Shown: positions 13,330 to 22,700 of the stretch, one piece after another
Position numbering within the stretch: the stretch's first letter is position 1
Layout of the letters: each line of letters opens with the position of its first letter
From: Eledone cirrhosa
Taxonomy: Eukaryota
Length of the DNA stretch: 64,000 nt
Direction of reading: 5' to 3'
Assembly (NCBI GenBank): GCA_964016885.1
Contig: OZ024744.1
Span: forward strand, 121,582,001-121,646,000
Notes under the pieces: generated by a model
What the model was told of the DNA's origin: nothing
What the model saw: only the letters and a program-made list of their open reading frames with translations
The model's database searches: none
Program-made: the position numbers and the translations under genes

Positions 13330-13956
13330 TTCGACCCAGCAATCCCAAAATTAGAACCGAATCACCTGGATTTTAACGTATGGAATACACACCATCACAC
13401 CGCTATTAGCTGTCAAACGGCTGACCGGTCACTAGATCATACATCTCTTAACATCTCTTTCACCCTCTCTCCCTGAAACCATATCAACCCCATTAAGTCA
13501 AGACAATCAGCAAAACATTTACCACACACACTTGTCAAAAACCTCCCGTCACCAAACGCCCTTAGCCCTTGGATCTCATACTAGTATCTCCCAATTAATC
13601 TCTAATTCATTGCTTTTTCTCTTATCTGTCACTACCCAGACTCTCTATACGGATCTATGTATGTTTCGAATATGATTTTTCATGTTAACACTAAATCCAC
13701 CACAACATCCTTACACGGACACTTACTCACCACCACCACTATCATATTCTGTACTTATATGCTCTCACTTATCCTTATTTCTTTATATTTGTTATTATTT
13801 TTCCATTTTCTTACTTTTTTACTGTATTTTTTTTCTTATTTTTTACTGTTTACATCTGTAACTTCTTTACCTATTTATCATATATTTTATTATTGATGTT
13901 ATTGTTTTGATTATACGCTATTTCTCTATATATATCATGCCATGTATGAATTATTT

Positions 13957-14056
13957 GTATTCTGAGGATTTGGTCAGAGTTAAATAATGAAGTGACGCAA
14001 CTTCGAGCGATTAACAGCCTCTAGACTCACCTGATCAATAAAACAATTGTCAATAT
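13957..14056 (+). ncRNA. Degenerate type I hammerhead ribozyme downstream of the PLE fragment
   Basis: GTATT-CTGAGGA-T-TTGGTCAG...CTGATCAA-T-AAAAC-AATT-GTC-AATAT. Stems I and II pair. The GAAA core reads AAAA. Confidence 0.65.
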
Positions 14057-14560
14057 CTGAAATAAAGCCCTTGTCGTACAGCCAACCATGCTACTCTTCA
14101 TTCTTTCTTCTCCAAGTATAACCTACATAAGAATTCCCGCGAACTCGCTGCCTAACTATGAAAACATCTTGTTGAGTCAAACAAAACCATACGTTAAAAC
14201 TATCCATGGCACAGAGTACTCACAACCTATAACGATAACTTGTTACCCCATATATATACATATCCCCACTGAAAGTTTTCGTGAAATAGTATTTTCAAGA
14301 CTATACAGAGCATTTGAAGTTGTCCCAAATTGAAGGTTGAGTACTTTAGACTTTGTTTTATCATGCGTTAAGGCTCTATTGATTTTTCCCTGGATTTCTC
14401 TAAATTCTGTTGAATAAATCTATATCCTGATTCCTTATGAATTGAGTCTGAATTATTTTTCCCATATCTTATGTTAACTATTTTCCCATTTTGACGCTAT
14501 AGTCACATATATGTTATGAAATACTGTTAGCTTCTCGCTACAACAATTTCTATACTTTTC

Positions 14561-14563
<3 letters not shown>

Positions 14564-14612
<49 letters not shown>
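14564..14612. repeat. (TA)n microsatellite
   Basis: Pure TA run. Confidence 0.97.
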
Positions 14613-14615
<3 letters not shown>

Positions 14616-14619
14616 ACAT

Positions 14620-14683
14620 ATATTGTTATACTTTGGGAGGTGTCTCTTATTGGCAACATGACCCTCCCAAAGTATAACAATAT
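14620..14683. other. Perfect 21-bp-stem hairpin
   Basis: ATATTGTTATACTTTGGGAGG ... CCTCCCAAAGTATAACAATAT with a 22-nt loop. Confidence 0.9.
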
Positions 14684-14753
14684 CGGTTTCAACACACGAT
14701 TCTTTATCTGAATAAAGAATCTTGCTAAACAAATTCAGAAACGAAATATATAC

Positions 14754-14788
<35 letters not shown>

Positions 14789-15445
14789 GCCATAGATAGG
14801 ATGAGGGGTTACATATTATCTATATCTTTTTACATTGTTGTTATCGGTCTTTGAAGGATCTTATTTATAAGCGATATAATTGAAATACCTTAATCGAGGA
14901 GTTGGTAGCTTCTCATTGGTAGTAAAGGCTTCTGACTTCCAGAATATAAATAAATGGCTCTTTAATGCTCAATCCTCTATAAATATAATTTTATTTGTCG
15001 AAAGGAATGTTGGAATCATTTAACAATAAATCTTCACGTGTCTGTATCATCTCCTGGTCAGCTCGGTCTGTTTGGTCTCTCGAGTGCTCCCTGAGGGTTT
15101 TCACCAGAGAGTGAGAGTGAGATTGACCATGTATTCATACACAACTTCCTATTGGTCAGTTTGACCTTATTGCATATGAAAATGTTGCTATTGCGAGGTG
15201 CGACGTAGTTCCACTACGTCACCCTCTGTTTAGACTGGAAAGCAGTCGTTGAAAATGAGGAGAAATTATCTCCAAAGGTAACATAAGTCATGCAAAGCAA
15301 ATACAAAAATGAAGAAAAAAGAGAAAAAAGAATAGTTCATATGTAAATTGTTTTACAAAGTTTCTTGGGCCAATGGACCTGACGACCACTACGAGTTGTC
15401 GCGATGTATGTTGAAGGTAAAGGAGTATTTGTATGTGATTGTGGT

Positions 15446-15523
15446 GTTTTGGTACCCTTAAAATATATATAATAGAATAAATATGGTTTTATAAACATAG
15501 TTTCCATTTATTAACGTCATTGA
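15446..15523 (+). repeat. 78-bp repeat, partner of 11142-11219, ending at (TA)n
   Basis: GTTTTGGTACCCTTAAAATATATATAATAGAATAAATATGGTTTTATAAAC...CGTCATTGA, followed by TATATA. Confidence 0.9.
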
Positions 15524-15536
15524 TATATATATATAA

Positions 15537-15698
15537 GGCAGTGAATTGGCAGAGACGTTAAGATGTCAGAAAGAATGCTTTATGGTATTCGTCCCACCTA
15601 ATTGCGTGTTCTGAGTTCAAATCTCGCCGGTGTCAACTTTGTATTTCACCCTTTCGGGGTCGATAAAAACAGTACTAGTAATGTACTGGGGTCGATTC
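15537..15698 (+). mobile_element. tRNA-derived SINE, degraded
   Basis: A-box-like TGGCAGAGACGTTA and B-box GAGTTCAAATC, then CTTT..TTTCACCCTTTCGGGGTCGATAAA..AGTAC..GTACTGGGGTCGAT. Homologous to the copy at 17.2 kb. Resembles the Meta-domain SINE I recall from octopus. Confidence 0.8.
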
Positions 15699-15808
15699 TT
15701 CCCCTATAGAAAACATCGGCTGTGTTCAGACCTGGAGAGCGTTGGGCTCCACCAGGTTTAAAAGTGCCTTCAACACGCCGCCGTATGACATGGGATCTTT
15801 ATCCTATT

Positions 15809-15812
<4 letters not shown>

Positions 15813-15879
<67 letters not shown>
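15813..15879. repeat. (TA)n(GA)n compound microsatellite
   Basis: Seen directly. Confidence 0.97.
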
Positions 15880-16009
15880 CGGGGGGGGGTACAGAGGAGG
15901 CCTGTTCTATATTTTTCACACACAGAAACACTCTGATTCTCACAAGTGTTTATATTTCCGTATAACAAATTCAATAGTTTAAGACCTGAGAAGTTTCTTA
16001 CCATAACAA

Positions 16010-16262
16010 TATCAACAGTAACAATATCATCACCATCATCACCATCCTCACCATCACCACAATCACAACCATCACCACCACCATCACCACAATCACCACC
16101 ACCGCCACCACCACCAAACCACCACCACCAACAACAACAACACCACCGCCACCACAACCACCACAACCACAACCACTACCACCACTACCATCACACTAAT
16201 AACTACCAAATCAACTTCCTGGGATATACATATACATATATACACCCTCACACACATATGTA

Positions 16263-16331
<69 letters not shown>

Positions 16332-16397
16332 CACACATATATATATATATACACACACACACATATATATATGTGTGTGTGTATATATATATATACA
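16010..16397. repeat. (CCA/CAA)n tract followed by (CA)n/(TA)n/(TG)n microsatellites
   Basis: Seen directly. Explains the His/Pro/Thr-rich ORFs. Confidence 0.93.
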
Positions 16398-17189
16398 TAT
16401 CATTCTGTGACAGTGGCTGTAAGCCTGTTTATTTATGTCTCTTCTTCCGGCAATATAAACTTGAATATGTGTACTGTGGAGAAGGTTTGTGTTACTATGA
16501 CGTCACTTGTCAGTCAAGGTGGAAAAGAAGATAAACATGGCCTTTAAATGTGTTTTTTGTGCTGTTTCCAATTTCACTTTTTCTCTAAAGCCTGTAGACC
16601 CCTGCGATTTTAAGACCTGGTACCATTCATTTAGACACCCGGCCCGGCGACACATGACAGCACTTTCTGGTGATATTTGGGACCTCCAAGACAACAATAT
16701 TACCTACAACTAAGTTGGAGTATACTTTCCAAGGCAAAATCTTACTCGGGAGGATGCCGGCCGTGCAATTTATGATCGGAGGAAACGATCCAAATGTTGT
16801 TTGCAAAGGACCAACTCTTAAACAAAAAGGATGAACTTTACCTCGTGTAAACACAGAATACATAGGACATATCTTACCTTCAGACCCCCTCACGACCAAG
16901 GTGGGTAGACCTTGGCTGTATCTCTTTCCTATTTACAAACTAAGATAGAGGAAATCCCAAGCATACTTAGGTAGAAGTAGAGATTTTTTCTTTCTTTTTT
17001 CTTCATTAGTTACACACTCTAATTACACTTAGGCGGATCTTTGCATATCTACATTATTATATTCAGTTTCCTTTCTTCCTTAGATTAACCCAAATATTTT
17101 CACTCCTGTTAAATGTACATAGTACCAGCCGAACACACAGTCATCGTTTTTTTTTGTGGGGTGGGGTATCATTATGGAAGATAATTGTT

Positions 17190-17357
17190 TCTACGTTTGG
17201 CACAAGGCCAGCAATTATACCAGTGTATTACTGGTACTTTATTTTATTGACCCCATAAGGATGAAAGGCAAAGTTAACCTCAGCGGGATTTGAACTCAGA
17301 ATGGCAAGGGCCGTAACTCTATGCGTCAAAGCTTGGCGTCCGACCCTCTACCGATTA
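17190..17357 (-). mobile_element. tRNA-derived SINE, second copy
   Basis: The + strand reads ACTGGTACTTTATTTTATTGACCCCATAAGGATGAAAGGCAAAGTTAACCTCAGCGGGATTTGAACTCAGAA, the reverse complement of the B-box plus conserved domain seen at 15.6 kb. Confidence 0.8.
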
Positions 17358-18064
17358 CATTGAGGTGCTGTTCTACTGTATTTGAGTAACTAATAACTAA
17401 ATTTTATTAATTAGGAATTTAACTAGTATTAAATTATATTTGCTTTGCTCTCTAGCTAATGTTAGACCTGGCACATCCATAGTAACTCTACAACATTCAT
17501 TGTTTAACACACATTCTTACCCCCTTTAGATAGCTGTAAAGAATTCCTTCTTAACACATGACTGGCCTGGCATCCACAGATCAGATTGTCATCTTACTCC
17601 CCCCCCCCCCTACAGGCAAGTTCAGCCCACCCACCCCTCTACACACTGCTATGAAGGAACTTAACTATGTATACAAAACCTTTGACCACTCCCAGTGACA
17701 GAAAAGAAAAACAACAATTTTTAGAATTGTTTGATATGATACTACTGCCTTGTTTTCATTGTATGCCCATATATGGATTATAGCCCTTGTTAAGTTCAGC
17801 TAGATTACTATGGCCCTAACACTACTGGGTTAGTTCAGAACTAACTGTCGAAACGATTGGAGCTCAGCGGTCGGGATCCTGACTCTTTTCCTATTACCCT
17901 ATAACTGGTACGTTATGGTCCACCTGGTTCCTTACCACACTTCCTTTGTTATATATATATATATATATATAAATGAAAGGTATAGAAAGTATTGTAGCGA
18001 GAAGCCAACAGTATTCCATAATATATATATATAGAAGTGGTTACACAACAGTTAGTTCACCATA

Positions 18065-18104
18065 CCGAGAACAATTGTTTCACCTTCGCGGATCTTTAGC
18101 TCGG
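18065..18104 (-). ncRNA. Minimal type I hammerhead-like motif in the PLE 3' region, core mutated
   Basis: Minus strand: CCGAG-CTAAAGA-T-CC-GCGAA-GG-T-GAAAC-AATT-GTT-CTCGG. Has a 5-bp stem I and palindromic ACAATTGT. CUGANGA reads CUAAAGA. Confidence 0.65.
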
Positions 18105-18286
18105 GATGTGTATGGTTATAGAAACAGGAAGGACAACCGTACGAACGCGCATGCGCAGAAACTCGGTCACTTCACACAGGCAATACCAGACTGCGTGCGG
18201 GAGATGTAAGGGAGATAACTGCGAAAGTCCGGAAAGCTTTTAGGTTGAAAATAAAATAATAAAAATAAAAATAAAATTACAAAGAA

Positions 18287-18812
18287 TCAGTCCGGAGCCT
18301 TGTAGTTATGCAATAGATGTTTGGTGGCGTGTGGACAACGTGTGAAAAATTCACCTCTCGTGTTTAGGCAATCACTATTGCGTAATCTCTTTAAGATAGT
18401 TATTCGTTCGTCAATACATAAGCCACACGTCGGATTTCCCCTTGCGTATGGCTTGGACTTATCGATGGCTTTCCATTGAATGGAGTAGCCTATACTTGAG
18501 TCCTTGAGGGACCATACGTGGCTCGCGAGTTTCGTGGATGAACGTCTGTCCGGGTATCTAAAGGTAGACTGGTGGTTCAGGAAACGCTCCTTGAATCGGC
18601 CCTCCGCCATGCCCACATAGGATTTGACCTCCTGTGGTTCGTTTGGTCGGTTGGAAGTGACCACAGCTTCATAGATTACAGCTGGTGTTGCTTTGCTGTT
18701 GAAGGGGGCAAGCTTCAGGCTTACGGCAAGAGCACCCTAGTGGGGTGTTGCTCCTAGGGCTGCTGGTGATATGGGCCTTCATGTTCTTAGCGCAGGAGTA
18801 TCCTAGTTTAAC
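18287..18812 (-). pseudogene. Penelope-like element C-terminal GIY-YIG endonuclease, 5'-truncated at (TA)n
   Basis: VKLGYSCAKNMK..CSCRKPEACPL, a frameshift, then VIYEAVV..SYVGMAEGRFKERFLNHQSTF..STKLASHVWSLK..IQW..CGLCIDER..LNTRGEFFTRCPH. Confidence 0.9.
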
Positions 18813-18814
18813 TT

Positions 18815-18865
<51 letters not shown>

Positions 18866-19238
18866 AACTCATAATTTTAATACACAAACATCTTTGTATA
18901 CTTGATATGCTTGTAAACCTATGTTATTTTATGTGATACCTTTGCCATGCAGTAATTATATATGCCTAGTACCATTGCTTGTTTCCTACCTAGCTGTCCT
19001 GTATATGCCTAACGCATTTGCACTCTCTACATGCTTGCATATGTACTGCTAACGTCCTCGTTTTATGAATAACTTTCTGCCTTAATGCCTCTTTAATTAT
19101 TATACAATTCTCTTGTAATCTCTGTCACATCCATTCCACTCTGTAAATATGAAACTGTTGATGACAACATTAATATCCATGTATCTATATGATTGTTCAG
19201 TTGAATAGGAAGTTAATTATATGACCAAACTTTGCTAG

Positions 19239-19285
19239 TGCTCTGATGAATCTGAACGAAAGTTTGGAAGAAACGATTGTCAGCA
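19239..19285 (+). ncRNA. Minimal type I hammerhead ribozyme with intact core
   Basis: TGCT-CTGATGA-A-TCTGAAC-GAAA-GTTTGGA-A-GAAAC-GATT-GTC-AGCA: 4-bp stem I, 7-bp stem II with a GAAA tetraloop, GUC cleavage triplet. Confidence 0.8.
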
Positions 19286-19294
19286 ATAAAATGT

Positions 19295-19392
19295 TTTCTA
19301 CAGCTGGATGCTCTTCCTAACACCAACCTCATTTACAGTGAGGGCTGGGTGCTTTTTTACTGTGGCACCTCCACGACCACTTTACAGTGGGA
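19295..19392 (-). mobile_element. RTE/SINE-type 3' tail fragment carrying ~1.3 proto-units of the 48-bp satellite
   Basis: TTTCTACAGCTGGATGCTCTTCCTAACACCAACC matches a tail motif I recall from octopus RTE-related repeats. It is followed by TTTACAGTG at 19332 and 19381, and the sequence between is similar to the reverse complement of the satellite monomer. Confidence 0.7.
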
Positions 19393-19517
19393 GAGTGTGG
19401 TGGCATATTATCTATATGCTGCAGCTTCGGCTTGTACCCGTAGGGGGTCGCGTCTTCTGCATTACTGCATGACGCCAAAGGTCACATACACATATATACC
19501 TATATATATAGAGAGAG

Positions 19518-19631
19518 AGACCCAGAAAAATCAGTGACAATGCGATAAAATCTGACCTTGCACACGTACAACTCTCTAAGACAATGTCACTGAATCAAGA
19601 CTTTTGGCGCTATGCAGTAATACGAACTTAA
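19518..19631 (+). pseudogene. RTE LINE extreme C-terminal remnant
   Basis: Manual translation RPRKISDNAIKSDLAHVQLSKTMSLNQDFWRYAVIRT* fits the RTE end pattern GRPRKTW..V..DL....DR..WR. Confidence 0.65.
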
Positions 19632-19786
19632 ACCTAGTCAGTAGGAACATCTTAACCCAATATAGATCACACCCCACACCCCTTACTCCATCCTCCCACT
19701 TCCACCCACACAACCCTCTCTCTGTAAAGTTATGTTGGTACCACATAACATTCTGTCCATATTATTCTGTCCATAACATTCTGTCC

Positions 19787-22700
19787 AAGTGTCATAAAAA
19801 AAAGTACCCAGTCCACACTGTAAAGTTGTCATGTAGGTGTCACAATAAAAAATACCCAGTACGCACTGTAAAGTTGTCATGTAAGTGTCACAACAAAAAG
19901 TACCCAGTACACACTGTAAAGTGGTCATGTAGGTGTCACAATAAAAAGTACCCAGTACGCACTGTAAAGTTGTCATGTAAGTGTCACAACAAAAAGTACC
20001 CAGTACACACTGTAAAGTAGTCATGTAGGTGTCACAACAAAAAGTACCCAGTACACCCTATAGAGTGGTCATGTAGGTGTCACAACAAAAAGTACCCAGT
20101 ACACACTGTAATGTGGTCATGTAGCTGTCACAACAAAAAGTACCCAGTACACACTGTAAAGTAGTCATGTAGGTGTCACAACAAAAAGTACCCAGTACAC
20201 ACTGTAAAGTAGTCATGTAGCTGTCACAACAAAAAGTACCCAGTACACACTGCTAAGTAGTCATGTAGGTGTCACAACAAAAAGTACCATCTACCACTGT
20301 AAAGTGGTCATGTAGGTGTCACAACGAAAAATACCCAGTACACACAGTAAAGTAGTCATGTAGCTGTCACACCAAAAAGTACCATCTACCACTGTAGAGT
20401 GGTCATGTATGTGTCACAACAAAAGTACCCACTACAAACTATAAAGCGGTCATGTACGTGTCATGACAAAAAGTACCCAGTACAATGTAAAGTGGTCATG
20501 TAGGTGTCACAACAAAAAGTACCCAGTACACAGTGTAAAGTGGTCATGTAGGTGTTACAAAAAAGTACCCAGTATACACTGTAAAGTGGTCATGTAGGTG
20601 TCACCAGAAAAATTACCGAGTACACACGGCAAAGTGGTCATGTAGGTGTCACAACAAAAAGTACCCAGTACACACTGTAAAGTGGTCATGTAACTGTCAT
20701 GATAAAAAATACGCAGTACATATTGTAAAGTCGTCATGTAAGTGTCACAATGGTAAGTACCCACTACACACTGTAAAGTAGTCATGTAGGTGTCACAACA
20801 AAAAGTACCCAGTACACACTGTTAAGTAATTATGTAGGTGTGACAACAAAAAGTACCCAGTACACACTGTAAAGTGGTCATGTAGGTGTCACAACAAAAA
20901 GTACCCAGTACACAGTGTAAAGTGATCATATAGGTGTCACAACAAAAAGTACCCAGGCCACACTGTAAAGTGATCATATAGGTGTCACAACAAAAAGTAC
21001 CCAGTACACAGTGTAAAGTTGTCATATAGGTGTCACAACAAAAAGTACCCAGTACACAGTGTAAAGTGATCATATAGGTGTCACAACAAAAAGTACCCAG
21101 TCCACACTGTAAAGTGGTCATATAGGTGCATTGACAAAAAGTACCCAGGCCACACTGTAAAGTGGTTATGTAGGAGTCATGATGAAAAATACCCAGTACA
21201 CACTGTTAAGTGGTCATAAATGTGTCACAACATAAAGTACCCAGTACATACTCTAAATTGGTCATGTAGGTGTTATGACAAAAAGTACCCAGTACACACT
21301 GTAAAGTGGTCATGTAGGTGTCACAACAAAAAGTACCCAGTATATACTCTAAAGTGGTCATGTAGGTGTTATGACAAACAGTACCCAGTACACATTGTAA
21401 AGTGATCATATAGGTGTCGAAAACAAAAAGTACCCAGTACACTCTGCATAGTGGTTTTTTACTGTTATTACAAAAAATACCCAATACACGCTGTGGTTAT
21501 GTAGGTGTCACAAAATAAGTACCCAGTACACTATAAAGTTGTTGTCTGGATGTCAAAACAAAAAGTACCTAGTACACACTGTTAAGTGGTCATGTAGGTG
21601 TCACAACAAAAAGTACCCAGTACACACTGTAAAGTGGTCATGTAGGTGTCACGACAAAAAGTACCCAGTACACATTGTAAAGTGGTCATGTAGGTGTCAC
21701 AACAAAAAGTACCCAGTACACATTGTAAAGTGGTCATGTAGGTGTCACAACAAAAAGTACCCAGTACACACTGTAAAGTTATCATGTAGGTGTCACAACA
21801 AAAAGTACCCAGTCCACACTGTAAAGTAGTCATGTAGGTGTCAGAACAAAAAGTACCCAGTACACACTGTAAAGTGGTCATGTAGGTGTCACAACAAAAA
21901 GGACCTAGTACCCACTGTAAAGTGGTCATGCAGGTGTCACAAAAAAAGTACACCGTACACTATAAAGTGGTCATGTAGATGTCATGACAACATGTACCCA
22001 GTACACACTGTAAAGTAGTAAAGTAGGTGTCACAACAAAAATACCCAGTATGCTCTGTAAAGTGGTCATGTAACTGTCATTATGAAAAAATACCCAGCGC
22101 ACACTGTAAAGTGGTCATGTAGGTGTCATGACAGAACATACCCAGTAAACAATGTAAAGTGATCATGTCGGTGTCACAAGAAAAAGTACGCAAACCACAC
22201 TGTAAAGTATTCATATAGGTGACACGACAAAAGAACCCAGTACACACTGTAAAATGGTCATGTAGGTGTCACAACCAAGGGTAGCTAGTACACACTGTAA
22301 GGTGGTCATGTAGGTGTCACAACAAAAAGTACCCAGTGCAGCCTGTAAAGTGGTCATGTAGATGTCACTGTAAAGTAGTCATGTAGATGTCACAATAAAA
22401 AGTAAACAGTTAACACTGTAAAGTGGTCAAGTAAGTTTCACAACAAAAAGTACCCAGTACCAAATGTAAACTGGTCATGTAGCTGTCACAACAAAAAGTA
22501 CCCAGTACACACTGTTAAGTGGTCATGTAGAGGTCACAACAAAAAGTACCCGGTACACACTGTAAAGTGGTCATGTAGGTGTCGTGACAAAAAGTATCTA
22601 GTAAACTGTAAAGTGGTCGTGTAGGTCTCACAACAAAAAACACCCAATCCACTCTGTAAAGTGGTCATATAGGTGTCATGACAAAAGTACCCAGTCCACA

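Noticed and set aside
14880-15160. Possible third, very decayed GIY-YIG on the minus strand (EVVYEY...LSIKE)
   Set aside because: Only scattered residues across frames and no YIG motif. It needs a profile search.
15375-15420. Hammerhead starting at CTGACGA
   Set aside because: No GAAA/NUH half or stem I partner found. At most a remnant.
16400-16920. Possible host exon in non-repetitive sequence
   Set aside because: Short ORFs on both strands with no recognisable domain.
17780-17870. Fourth hammerhead around CGAAACGATTGG
   Set aside because: No CUGANGA upstream and no valid NUH triplet.
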